Shown here piece after piece: positions 1 to 14,254 of a stretch of DNA of 64,000 nucleotides. Numbering within the stretch: position 1 is the first letter of the stretch; each line of letters begins with the position of its first letter. Location: NCBI GenBank assembly GCA_964016885.1, contig OZ024766.1:17236001-17300000 (forward strand), written 5' to 3'. Under the pieces are notes generated by a model that had not been told where the DNA came from, searched no databases, and saw nothing but the letters and a program-made list of their open reading frames with translations. The position numbers were made by a program, and so were the translations under genes. This stretch comes from Eledone cirrhosa. Lineage: Eukaryota.

Positions 1-151
1 TGGGATATGAGAAAGAGAGAGAGGGGGTCTAAAGAAAGAGAGGGGGAGGCCATGACAGTGGGAGTTTGGTTCCTCTGTGTTCAAACCTGGTATATATATG
101 TGTGTGTGGGTGACTAATATAAGAATTATACGATAGGATACTTCTACTCAC

Positions 152-268
152 CTACACAGTATTTGTTCATAAACAGTTGGTATCCTCTAGCACAAGAGCA
201 GAAATAGGAACCTATTGTGTTCGTACATTCCTGGTCACATATATTTCGGTATTGGCACTCATCTATAT
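152..268 (-). CDS. Exon 5: calcium-binding EGF domain (gene continues left of the window)
   Basis: ttttccacag| acceptor, |gtgagt donor, 117 nt, phase 1-1. [39 protein letters not shown]. Confidence 0.92.
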
Positions 269-310
269 CTGTGGAAAAAGAAAAAGGGATAAATAAATAT
301 TGCATACATA

Positions 311-1414
311 TGTAGGGACCTACATTCCGCGGCCTCATATACATTCTCCGTGTGTTGTTTGGCTCAGCTCAGCCAATCGCGGCCATCATAGGCGTATGTA
401 TCTCTACGCACGCCCTGAGGGGGAAAAATTCCCACGTCAGCTCAAAAAATCTCTGTTGCAGTTTGACCCCACTAAGGTAAACAACTATCTTTCTTTCGCC
501 GTGAAATCACGTGCCAATATGTAACACAACAATATAACCACGGCCTGGTAACACTTCAGCCAGTAGACCGTGCCTTCTAGAAATCTCTCTCTTGCAGCTT
601 GACCCCACTAAGGTAAACAACTAACTTTCTTTCGCCGTGAAATCTCGGGCCAATATGTAACACAACAATATAACCACGGCCTGGTAACACTTCAGCCAGT
701 AGACCGTGCCTTCTAGAAATCTCTCTCTTACAGCTTGACCCCATTAAGGTAAACAACTAACTTTCTTTCGCCGTGAAATCTCGGGCCAATATGTAACACA
801 ACAATATAACCACGGCCTGGTAACACTTCAGCCAGTAGACCGTGCCTTCTAGAAATCTCTCTCTTACAGCTTGACCCCATTAAGGTAAACAACTAACTTT
901 CTTTCGCCGTGAAATCTCGGGCCAATATGTAACACAACAATATAACCACGGCCTGGTAACACTTCAGCCAGTAGACCGTGCCTTCTAGAAATCTCTCTCT
1001 TGCAGCTTGACCCCATTAAGGTAAACAACTAACTTTCTTTCGCCGTGAAATCACTGGCCAATATGTAACACAATATAACCACGGCCTGGTAACACTTCAG
1101 CCAGTAGACCGTGCCTTCTAGAAATCTCTCTCTTGCTGCTTGAACACCGAAGGATGAACACAAACAATATGTAACAGTGAGATTTGCACTTTGGCCTGTC
1201 GGCCTTCCTTTGGCCTGGCACAATGCCATATCCTGGCACAATGCCATATTCCTTTTGTAACCCTTTTTTGTTTAACTTCAACTATACAACTAAACAAACA
1301 TTCCTTTGTGCTACAACACTTAAACATACAATTCTTCTCTTATTTCGTCTGTTAACATCATTATTATGTTACTCATGTCTCAATTTATAGTGTACAGTGC
1401 TCAGGTGCACTACA
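311..1414. mobile_element. Solo LTR-like element with internal tandem expansion
   Basis: Starts TGTAGGG and ends CACTACA (TG..CA with short terminal inverted repeat). Homologous to the insertion at 3509-4060. No clear TSD. Confidence 0.6.
448..1143. repeat. 136-bp tandem repeat, ~5 copies, inside the LTR-like element
   Basis: GACCCC(A)CTAAGG recurs at 465, 601, 737, 873 and 1009. Confidence 0.9.
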
Positions 1415-1619
1415 ACTCATCAAAGGTGTATGTATAGTACATAGGATAATGTACAAATGTCAGGAAAACGAACAGTGCATGAGTCATGATATACATGTGT
1501 GCATGTGTATGGAAGGGGGACAACAGGTGTAGTTTTGGCGAATTTCGGGAAGAATGAGGATAGTACAGAAATACCCATCGAAATGGCTTGAGCTCTGCCG
1601 TCGGGGTCATACTTTTTCC

Positions 1620-3353
<1,734 letters not shown>

Positions 3354-3508
3354 CAAGGAAAATTCAAGGATCTCCACGGTGAACTCTACCATGATGTTTC
3401 GCTCTTATTAGTTAAGCATATGAATAACCAGAATTTAGAAAGGATGCGTAAAAATATCAGAAAGCTTTTTAAGGAACTAGGATTAAATATTACATTTGAA
3501 TATAACCT

Positions 3509-4060
3509 TGTAGTGACCTACATTCCGCGGGCTCACATACATTCTCTGTGCGTGATTTGGCTCAGTTCAGCCAATCAGCGCCAGTAGAAGAGGATGTATC
3601 CCTACGCGCCCTGAGGAAGAAATTCCCCGCGAAGATTTGAAGAATCTCTAGCTTGTACCAGAAACTTCGAGCCAGCAACACGCATAATGTAACAGTGAGA
3701 TATTGCACCCCTAGCCTCGCCGGCTTAACGGCGCAATGGCACATTCCATTTGGTAACCTCTTTGTATCTGTAACTTCAACCATATAAATAAACAAACATT
3801 TCATCTCTAATTACTGCGGTTGAAGTCGTTATTATGTTACTCGTGTCTCAATGACATCTTTATTCCATGCTGCTGGAATTGGCGACCTGACGAAAGGAAT
3901 ATTGTAAATAGATGGTAAATAGATCGAGGGACCTTCCCTCACGTCTATGTCAACAAGATAATCCAACGAGGATACTATCACTTACCACACTGGCAACTAA
4001 CGACCACTGATTCTACCACCCTGCTAAAGTGGCGATAACATCTACAACTAATACTGCTAA
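3509..4060. mobile_element. LTR-like insertion into the Penelope ORF with 5-bp TSD
   Basis: Begins TGTAGTG. AACCT is duplicated at 3504-3508 and 4061-4065. Removing the insertion restores ITFEYNL-KEVNFLDV. Similar to 311-1414. Confidence 0.75.
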
Positions 4061-4413
4061 AACCTCAAAGAGGTCAATTTCCTTGATGTTACTTTGAATC
4101 TCAATACAGATACGATTAAACCGTTCCATAAACTAAATGAGAACCTTAAATATGTAAATACGAGTTCTAACCATCCACTCTCTATAATTAAATCCATCCC
4201 TAGAAATGTTTCTCTTAGAATCTCCCGCCTGTCGTCCAACCAACAAACCTTCAAAGAACATGCCGAATATTATGATGATGCACTTAGGAAAGCCGGACAC
4301 CTAGATAATATAGAGTATATAGTTGAAGATCACCAAAACACCCAAAATAAATCCCATAGGAGTAGAAATAGCACAGAATCACCACCATACATACACTACC
4401 GCAATAGACACAA

Positions 4414-7378
4414 TAATAGTCGCACACCACCAAACAGAAAGCGATGTAAAGAGTATATTTGGTACAACCCGGTCTATAACAACTCTATTAAAACCAATCT
4501 ACCCTCACAATTCTTTCGCTAATAGTCGCACACCACCAAACAGAAGGCGATGTAAAGAGTATATATGGTACAACCCGGTCTATAACAACACTATTAAAAC
4601 CAATCTACCCTCACAATTCTTTCGCTAATAGTCGCACACCACCAAACAGAAGGCGATGTAAAGAGTATATATGGTACAACCCGGTCTATAACAACTCTAT
4701 TAAAACCAATCTACCCTCACAATTCTTTCGCTAATAGTCGCACACCACCAAACAGAAGGCGATGTAAAGAGTATATTTGGTACAACCCGGTCTATAACAA
4801 CTCTATTAAAACCAATCTACCCTCACAATTCTTTCGCTAATAGTCGCACACCACCAAACAGAAGGCGATGTAAAGAGTATATATGGTACAACCCGGTCTA
4901 TAACAACTCTATTAAAACCAATCTACCCTCACAATTCTTTCGCTAATAGTCGCACACCACCAAACAGAAGGCGATGTAAAGAGTATATATGGTACAACCC
5001 GGTCTATAACAACTCTATTAAAACCAATCTACCCTCACAATTCTTTCGCTAATAGTCGCACACCACCAAACAGAAGGCGATGTAAAGAGTATATATGGTA
5101 CAACCCGGTCTATAACAACTCTATTAAAACCAATCTACCCTCACAATTCTTTCGCTAATAGTCGCACACCACCAAACAGAAGGCGATGTAAAGAGTATAT
5201 ATGGTACAACCCGGTCTATAACAACTCTATTAAAACCAATCTACCCTCACAATTCTTTCGCTAATAGTCGCACACCACCAAACAGAAGGCGATGTAAAGA
5301 GTATATATGGTACAACCCGGTCTATAACAACTCTATTAAAACCAATCTACCCTCACAATTCTTTCGCTAATAGTCGCACACCACCAAACAGAAGGCGATG
5401 TAAAGAGTATATATGGTACAACCCGGTCTATAACAACTCTATTAAAACCAATCTACCCTCACAATTCTTTCGCTAATAGTCGCACACCACCAAACAGAAG
5501 GCGATGTAAAGAGTATATATGGTACAACCCGGTCTATAACAACTCTATTAAAACCAATCTACCCTCACAATTCTTTCGCTAATAGTCGCACACCACCAAA
5601 CAGAAGGCGATGTAAAGAGTATATATGGTACAACCCGGTCTATAACAACTCTATTAAAACCAATCTACCCTCACAATTCTTTCGCTAATAGTCGCACACC
5701 ACCAAACAGAAGGCGATGTAAAGAGTATATATGGTACAACCCGGTCTATAACAACTCTATTAAAACCAATCTACCCTCACAATTCTTTCGCTAATAGTCG
5801 CACACCACCAAACAGAAGGCGATGTAAAGAGTATATATGGTACAACCCGGTCTATAACAACTCTATTAAAACCAATCTACCCTCACAATTCTTTCGCTAA
5901 TAGTCGCACACCACCAAACAGAAGGCGATGTAAAGAGTATATATGGTACAACCCGGTCTATAACAACTCTATTAAAACCAATCTACCCTCACAATTCTTT
6001 CGCTAATAGTCGCACACCACCAAACAGAAGGCGATGTAAAGAGTATATATGGTACAACCCGGTCTATAACAACTCTATTAAAACCAATCTACCCTCACAA
6101 TTCTTTCGCTAATAGTCGCACACCACCAAACAGAAGGCGATGTAAAGAGTATATATGGTACAACCCGGTCTATAACAACTCTATTAAAACCAATCTACCC
6201 TCACAATTCTTTCGCTAATAGTCGCACACCACCAAACAGAAGGCGATGTAAAGAGTATATATGGTACAACCCGGTCTATAACAACTCTATTAAAACCAAT
6301 CTACCCTCACAATTCTTTCGCTAATAGTCGCACACCACCAAACAGAAGGCGATGTAAAGAGTATATATGGTACAACCCGGTCTATAACAACTCTATTAAA
6401 ACCAATCTACCCTCACAATTCTTTCGCTAATAGTCGCACACCACCAAACAGAAAGCGATGTAAAGAGTATATATGGTACAACCCGGTCTATAACAACTCT
6501 ATTAAAACCAATCTACCCTCACAATTCTTTCGCTAATAGTCGCACACCACCAAACAGAAAGCGATGTAAAGAGTATATTTGGTACAACCCGGTCTATAAC
6601 AACTCTATTAAAACCAATCTACCCTCACAATTCTTTCGCTAATAGTCGCACACCACCAAACAGAAGGCGATGTAAAGAGTATATATGGTACAATCCGGTC
6701 TATAACAACTCTATTAAAACCAATCTACCCTCACAATTCTTTCGCTAATAGTCGCACACCACCAAACAGAAGGCGATGTAAAGAGTATATATGGTACAAC
6801 CCGGTCTATAATAACTCTATTAAAACCAATCTACCCTCACAATTCTTTCGCTAATAGTCGCACACCACCAAACAGAAGGCGATGTAAAGAGTATATATGG
6901 TACAACCCGGTCTATAACAACTCTATTAAAACCAATCTACCCTCACAATTCTTTCGCTAATAGTCGCACACCACCAAACAGAAGGCGATGTAAAGAGTAT
7001 ATTTGGTACAACCCGGTCTATAACAACTCTATTAAAACCAATCTACCCTCACAATTCTTTCGCTAATAGTCGCACACCACCAAACAGAAGGCGATGTAAA
7101 GAGTATATATGGTACAACCCGGTCTATAACAACTCTATTAAAACCAATCTACCCTCACAATTCTTTCGCTAATAGTCGCACACCACCAAACAGAAGGCGA
7201 TGTAAAGAGTATATATGGTACAACCCGGTCTATAACAACTCTATTAAAACCAATCTACCCTCACAATTCTTTCGCTAATAGTCGCACACCACCAAACAGA
7301 AGGCGATGTAAAGAGTATATATGGTACAACCCGGTCTATAACAACTCTATTAAAACCAATCTACCCTCACAATTCTTT
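4414..7378. repeat. 106-bp tandem array (~28 copies) derived from Penelope coding sequence
   Basis: The unit TAATAGTCGCACACCACC...CAATTCTTTCGC encodes the IWYNP region. The ORF resumes after the last unit. Confidence 0.95.
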
Positions 7379-7556
7379 AGATTAGTTAAAAAACACTTTC
7401 CAACATCACATAAATATAATAAAATCTTAAAACCTAACACTATTCAACTTTCATATTCAATCGCCCCTAATATTGAACAACATATAAAAAAGCTTAACGC
7501 AAAACGGTTGTATAAACGCCTTCCAACACATAATAATTCACGTAAAACATTAGCTA

Positions 7557-9297
7557 TCATAATCATCACCGTTTTACGTCCGTTCTTCCACGCTAGCATG
7601 GGTTAGATGGGTTGTCCTGTTGTGGGCAGTGTCTGGTCGGCTGACCATGCCTTGCTCATACGGGAACTGATTCTGGCTTGATTTCTACAGCTGGATGCCC
7701 TTCCTAACACCAACCTCATTTACAGTGAGTGCTGGGTGCTTTTTTGCTGTGGCACCTCCACGACCACTTTACAGTGTGGGCTGGGTGCTTTTTTGCCGTG
7801 GCACCTCCACGACCACTTTACAGTGTGGGCTGGGTGCTTTTTTGCCGTGGCACCTCCACGACCACTTTACAGTGTGGGCTGGGTGCTTTTTTTGCCATGG
7901 CACCTCCACGACCACTTTACAGTGAGTGCTGGGTGCTTTTTTGCCGTGGCACCTCCACGACCACTTTACAGTGTGGGCTGGGTGCTTTTTTGCCGTGGCA
8001 CCTCCACGACCACTTTACAGTGAGTGCTGGGTGCTTTTTTGCCGTGGCACCTCCACGACCACTTTACAGTGAGTGCTGGGTGCCTTTTTGCCGTGGCACC
8101 TCCACGACCACTTTACAGTGTGGGCTGGGTGCTTTTTTGCCGTGGCACCTCCACGACCACTTTACAGTGAGTGCTGGGTGCCTTTTTGCCGTGGCACCTC
8201 CACGACCACTTTACAGTGAGTGCTGGGTGCTTTTTTGCCGTGGCACCTCCACGACCACTTTACAGTGAGTGCTGGGTGCCTTTTTGCCGTGGCACCTCCA
8301 CGACCACTTTACAGTGAGTGCTGGGTGCTTTTTTGCCGTGGCACCTCCACGACCACTTTACAGTGTGGGCTGGGTGCCTTTTTGCCGTAGCACCTCCACG
8401 ACCACTTTACAGTGAGTGCTGGGTGCTTTTTTGCCGTGGCACCTCCACGACCACTTTACAGTGAGTGCTGGGTGCCTTTTTGCCGTGGCACCTCCACGAC
8501 CACTTTACAGTGAGTGCTGGGTGCTTTTTTGCCGTGGCACCTCCACGACCACTTTACAGTGTGGGCTGGGTGCCTTTTTGCCGTAGCACCTCCACGACCA
8601 CTTTACAGTGAGTGCTGGGTGCTTTTTTGCCGTGGCACCTCCACGACCACTTTACAGTGAGTGCTGGGTGCCTTTTTGCCGTGGCACCTCCACGACCACT
8701 TTACAGTGAGTGCTGGGTGCTTTTTTGCCGTGGCACCTCCACGACCACTTTACAGTGTGGGCTGGGTGCCTTTTTGCCGTAGCACCTCCACGACCACTTT
8801 ACAGTGAGTGCTGGGTGCTTTTTTGCCGTGGCACCTCCACGACCACTTTACAGTGAGTGCTGGGTGCCTTTTTGCCGTGGCACCTCCACGACCACTTTAC
8901 AGTGAGTGCTGGGTGCCTTTTTGCCGTGGCACCTCCACGACCACTTTACAGTGAGTGCTGGGTGCTTTTTTGCCGTGGCACCTCCACGACCACTTTACAG
9001 TGTGGGCTGGGTGCCTTTTTGCCGTAGCACCTCCACGACCACTTTACAGTGAGTGCTGGGTGCTTTTTTGCCGTGGCACCTCCACGACCACTTTACAGTG
9101 AGTGCTGGGTGCTTTGTTTTGCCGTGGCACCTCCACGACCACTTTACAGTGTGGGCTGGGTGCTTTTTTGCCATGGCGCCTCCACGACCACCTTGCGGTG
9201 GGGGGAGTGGGGGCATATTGTTTATATGCTTCAGCATGTACCCATAGGAGGTCGGGTACCCTGTATTACTGCGTGATGCCAGAAGTCACGGTCGTGT
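7557..9297 (-). mobile_element. 5'-truncated RTE LINE 3' end with expanded 49-bp repeat (~30 copies, 7717-9195)
   Basis: Both flanks match the ORF end and 3' UTR of the RTE at 41958-42320; (CAT)n-type tail at the left end. Confidence 0.85.
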
Positions 9298-9972
9298 GCT
9301 ATAACATCACAAAACAACAAACAACATCCTGTCCTACCTAAGCAACCTCATCAACCCATCCATGGCAATACAACAACGCAAAATTATAATTGCAACTGTG
9401 TCCAACCAGGAATGTGTCCGTTGATCAATCAGTGTCTTGAACGCAACATCATATACAAATGTACTATCGAATCGGAGAGGCAGAAGTGGTACTATGTGGG
9501 ATCTACAGCCACCTCCTTCAAATCACGCCTTTATCGACATCGTTACTCGATAAAACATGAAAACCAGCGTTATGTAACAACACTCGCAGACAAGGCTTGG
9601 CAGCTGCGTGAAAATAACCAACAATTTCACCTAAAATGGGATATAATAGCAGCTGTCCATTGTCAAATTGGTCAAGAAGAGATTAAAATTGGCACTCCCA
9701 AAAATTCTTATTTAGATAAAATGAACCATTTACTCATGGTATTCTCATTAGAAACCCTTTATATACTTGTTTAGCAGTAAATTGAATTGCAATCTGTCAT
9801 ATACTATCCCCTCTCTTCTTCCTCTATTACCACTAATATAAATACTTCAATTTTTCTGATTTTATCCAATTTATCCAAAATCTCTGAAGAAGTGACAACT
9901 GATTATACATTTGCTATCGAATACTTGCTAACATTATATGATTACTAAACATTTAGTACATTATATGATTAC

Positions 9973-10091
9973 GATCCGAGTTCAAATCCCGCCGAGGTTG
10001 ACTTTGCCTTTCATCCTTACGGGGTCGATAAAATAAAGAACCAGTAATGCACTGGGTAATTGCTGGCCTTGTGCCTAAAGTAGAAACAATT
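9973..10091 (+). mobile_element. 5'-truncated tRNA-derived SINE fragment
   Basis: B-box GAGTTCAAATCC followed by GACTTTGCCTTTCATCC..GGGGTCGATAAA; flanked by a duplicated ATTATATGATTACG. Confidence 0.65.
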
Positions 10092-10328
10092 ATATGATTA
10101 CGCAAGCAGCGATACATAGGTATTCGGTCTGTTACAGAAACATATGTCAATACCTAATAAATTCCTTTTTAAAAAAAGCACTTTCATTTTATATTCATCT
10201 TTTCTACATTTTCTCCGGAATATAATTTATACTCGTTGAGCAAACCTACACGTACGCTGTTCATCTCTAACGTAATGATATATTATCACTACATTATTGA
10301 TAACCTGAAATTTTATATATATATATAT

Positions 10329-10710
10329 ATTGTTATACTTTGGGAGGGTCATGTTGCCAATAAGAAACACACGCACCAGTTGCTTTCACTTCAATTTATT
10401 ATATATTTATAAATTTATAAATTTACAAATCTACAAATCTACAAACTTATAAATTTCTGGTTGGTTGGTTGGTTCCACAACCAGATAGTTGTTTATATAT
10501 ATAGTCATAGTCCTTTCGTCACACACTCTGTGACCTCTTCAGTGACTGGGGATTCCTTTCTTCGTTTCTGTGCCTTTCCTTTCTTCTATCCTACGTCATT
10601 TTGTTTCTGTGTGTGTGTTGTGTGCTCAGTTTGCGCATGCGCCACATCCGTGAAAGCAACTGGTGCGTGTGTTTCTTATTGGCAACATGACCCTCCCAAA
10701 GTATAACAAT
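10329..10710. repeat. Element with ~60-bp terminal inverted repeats
   Basis: ATTGTTATACTTTGGGAGGGTCATGTTGCC..GCTTTCAC and its reverse complement. Related sequence occurs at ~38545 and ~52698. Confidence 0.75.
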
Positions 10711-10764
10711 ATCGGTTTCAACACACGATTTCAGATAAAGAATCTTGCTAAACAAATTCAGAAA

Positions 10765-10802
<38 letters not shown>

Positions 10803-10963
10803 CAGAAGAATGCTGCACATATTAGGTTTTAAATAGTAACATCTTAAGGATAACCATCTTCTAGTAATCCAAAAGTACTTCATGTCAGTAATTTATTCCA
10901 GTTAGGTGTTGGAGATTATGAGTGATGGAGTATTCCTTTATCAAATAATAGTATTTAAGATGG

Positions 10964-12497
10964 GTAAAGATACTATAAACATTTAGTACACAAAAACTAT
11001 GATTACATCACATTAAAGTCTTTACTGTAATACTGTAAATATTCACAACAATCTGTCTACCAGTAAAGATACTATAAACATTTAGTACAAAACAACTATG
11101 ACTACATCACATTAAATATTAAAATCTTTACTGTAATACTGTAAATATTCACAACAATCTGTCCACCAGTAAAGATACTATAAACATTTAGTACACAACA
11201 ACTATGATTACATCACATTAAAGTCTTTACTGCAATACTGTAAATATTCACAACAATCTGTCTACCAGTAAAGATACTATAAACATTTAGTACAAAACAA
11301 CTATGACTACATCACATTATATATTAAAGTCTTTACTGTAATACTGTAAATATTCACAACAATCTGTCCACCAGTAAAGATACTATAAACATTTAGTACA
11401 AAACAACTATGATTACATCACATTAAAGTCTTTACTGTAATACTGTAAATATTCACGACAATCTGTCCACCAGTAAAGATACTATAAACATTTAGTACAA
11501 AACAACTATGATTACATCACATTAAAGTCTTTACTGCAATACTGTAAATATTCACAACAATCTGTCTACCAGTAAAGATACTATAAACATTTAGTACAAA
11601 ACAACACTATGACTACATCACATTAAATATTAAAGTCTTTACTGTAATACTGTAAATATTCACAACAATCTGTCCACCAGTAAAGATACTATAAACATTT
11701 AGTACAAAACAACACTATGAATACATCACATTAAATATTACAGTCTTTACTGTAATACTGTAAATATTCACAACAATCTGTCCACCAGTAAAGATACTAT
11801 AAACATTTAGTACAAAACAACACTATGACTACATCACATTAAATATTAAAGTCTTTACTGTAATACTGTAAATATTCACAACAATCTGTCCACCAGTAAA
11901 GATACTATAAACATTTAGTACAAAACAACACTATGACTACATCACATTAAATATTAAAGTCTTTACTGTAATACTGTAAATATTCACAACAATCTGTCCA
12001 CCAGTAAAGATACTATAAACATTTAGTACAAAACAACACTATGACTACATCACATTAAATATTAAAGTCTTTACTGTAATACTGTAAATATTCACAACAA
12101 TCTGTCCACCAGTAAAGATACTATAAACATTTAGTACAAAACAAGACTATGACTACATCACATTATGATGGTGACAATGATGACGTTAGTGATGATAAGG
12201 TTACTTACCAACGCAAGTCTTTCCATTGAATCTAAAGCCAGATCTGCAGTGACAATGATAGCTCCCTGGTAGGTTGTGACAGGTACCATAGGGTGTACAA
12301 AGACGGGGGTTCCGTTTACATTCATCAATATCTGGAGTTTGACAGACGGAAAAGAGTTTTATAATACTGTAAATATTCACAACAATCTGTCCACTAGTAA
12401 AGATACTATAAACATTTAGTACAAAACAACACTATGACTACATCACATTAAATATTAAAGTCTTTACTGTAATACTGTAAATATTCACAACAATCTG
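10964..12497. repeat. 99-108-bp minisatellite (~11.5 copies at 10964-12165 plus ~1.3 copies at 12361-12497) bracketing exon 4
   Basis: GTAAAGATACTATAAACATTTAGTAC recurs on both sides of the exon. Confidence 0.92.
12209..12331 (-). CDS. Exon 4: calcium-binding EGF domain
   Basis: Pyrimidine tract plus ccag| acceptor, |gtaagt donor, 123 nt, phase 1-1. [41 protein letters not shown] matches the cbEGF consensus. Confidence 0.92.
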
Positions 12498-13141
12498 TTG
12501 TATTTTCACAGTAAAGGCTTTACCTCACATAATACCTCACATAACATTTACATTACTCTATATATACTATTGTATTGTCACAGTAAAGGCTTTACCTCAC
12601 ATAATACCTCACATAACATTTACATTACTCTATATATACTATTGTATTGTCACAGTAAAGGCTTTACCTCACATAATACCTCACATAACATTTACATTAC
12701 TCTATATATACTATTGTATTTTCACAGTAAAGGCTTTACCTCACATAATACCTCACATAACATTTACATTACTCTATATATACTATTGTATTTTCACAGT
12801 AAAGGCTTTACCTCACATAATACCTCACATAACATTTACATTACTCTATATATACTATTGTATTTTCACAGTAAAGGCTTTACCTCACATAATACCTCAC
12901 ATAACATTTACATTACTCTATATATACTATTGTATTTTCACAGTAAAGGCTTTACCTCACATAATATCTCACATAGCATTTACATTACTCTATATATACT
13001 ATTGTATTGTCACAGTAAAGGCTTTACCTCACATAATACCTCACATAACATTTACATTACTCTATATATACTATTGTATTTTCACAGTAAAGGCTTTACC
13101 TCACATAATATCTCACATAACATTTACTCTATATATACTAT
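12498..13141. repeat. 72-bp tandem repeat, ~9 copies
   Basis: TTGTATT(T/G)TCACAGTAAAGGC recurs with period 72. Confidence 0.93.
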
Positions 13142-13182
13142 TAAAACCCACAAGCAGGTAATACATACATCTCTGTCTCTCT

Positions 13183-13268
<86 letters not shown>

Positions 13269-13270
13269 AT

Positions 13271-13397
13271 ATAGGAACGAGTAGGACCCCGACGGCAGAG
13301 CTCAAGCCGTTTCGACGGCTATTTCTGGACTGAATTAGTCCAGAATTAGTCGTTGAAATGGCTTGAGCTCTGACGTCGGGGTCATACTTGTTCCTAT
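13271..13397. repeat. Imperfect palindrome made of two hammerhead 3' halves
   Basis: Arms read GAAA(C/T)GGCTTGAGCTCTGCCGTC|GGGGTC outward. The same family occurs at ~1579-1620 and 25221-25330. Confidence 0.7.
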
Positions 13398-13679
13398 TAC
13401 CCATTCTACTACCTTAAGTATTGAGTACTTCGGTGCGTTATGGTCCATTTGGTTCCTTACCACATTTCCTTCGTTATATATATATATGTATATATATACA
13501 TACACACATACATACAGGATGTCCCCCTAAAATGGATACACTTTTTATGAGAATGCTGTTGAAGTGTGCATGCGTTTTTGGGGGACATCCTTGCATATAT
13601 ACACATACATGCATATATATATATATATATATGTTATCTTGTGAGTAAATTGTAGTTAGTAGCGGTGATAATGGTTAAG

Positions 13680-13920
13680 AAATATCCACGATGTAATGAG
13701 GATTACTGCTATAGGAAATTAGATACGTTCCAAAGAAATATCCATGATGTAGCAAGGATTACTGCGATAGGAAATTAGATACGTTCCAAAGAAATATCCG
13801 CGATGTGGCGAGGATTACTGCTATAGGAAATTAGATACGTTCCAAAGAAATATCCATGATGTAGCAAGGATTACTGCGATAGGAAATTAGATACGTTCCA
13901 AAGAAATATCCGCGATGTAA
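13680..13920. repeat. 55/56-bp tandem repeat, ~4 copies
   Basis: GGATTACTGC..AGGAAATTAGATACGTTCCAAAGAAATATCC is repeated. Confidence 0.88.
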
Positions 13921-14009
13921 CGGGACCGCGATATAGCGGGAGATTACTGTATATAGTTTAAATGATTAGTATCACAGCTGGAAATTAAATGTATTTGCCT
14001 TTTGCCTAC

Positions 14010-14062
14010 CTTTACAATTTGGGGGAGAACCTGTCCATCCATTACAACATCTGCGGCAGATT
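14010..14062 (-). CDS. Exon 3: EMI-like domain C-terminal part
   Basis: ctgcag| acceptor and |gtaggc donor, 53 nt, phase 2-1. ICRRCCNGWTGSPPNCK has the CCxGW-G-C ending typical of EMI domains. Confidence 0.8.
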
Positions 14063-14254
14063 CTGCAGTTAGAAGATTTATTGTTGTATATAAGTACAGC
14101 GGAATAACAGTATGAGAGATTACATAATGCAGAACAAGAATATAACAGAAAAAATAAATAGCAAACACTAAGATGTTGATTCTTAGACTGTCGAATAACA
14201 GACATGAGTTGTTCAAGTATTACCCACACTGTGATACTACTCTGGTGGTGCTAA

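Larger units (their letters stand above)
3355..10170 (+). mobile_element. Fragmented Penelope-like retroelement (RT C-terminus to GIY-YIG), split by nested insertions
   Basis: Collinear pieces: 3355-3508 (..[23 protein letters not shown]), 4061-4520 (KEVNFLDVTLNL..SNHP..IWYNP), 7378-7550 (LVKKHFP..SYS), 9380-9770 (CNC..CPL..C..IIYKC..YVGSTATSFKSRLYRH, GIY-YIG). Confidence 0.85.

Noticed and set aside
4414-9195. CRISPR-like appearance of the regular arrays
   Set aside because: No unique spacers, no cas genes, eukaryotic intron context.
10116-10160. Hammerhead-like AGGTATT..GAAA-CATATG-TC-AATACCT-AATAAA at the Penelope 3' end
   Set aside because: Stems I and III fit, but the core reads CGGTCTG rather than CUGANGA; at best a relic.
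12498-13274. 258-aa repetitive ORF
   Set aside because: Translation of the 72-bp intronic repeat, antisense to the host gene.
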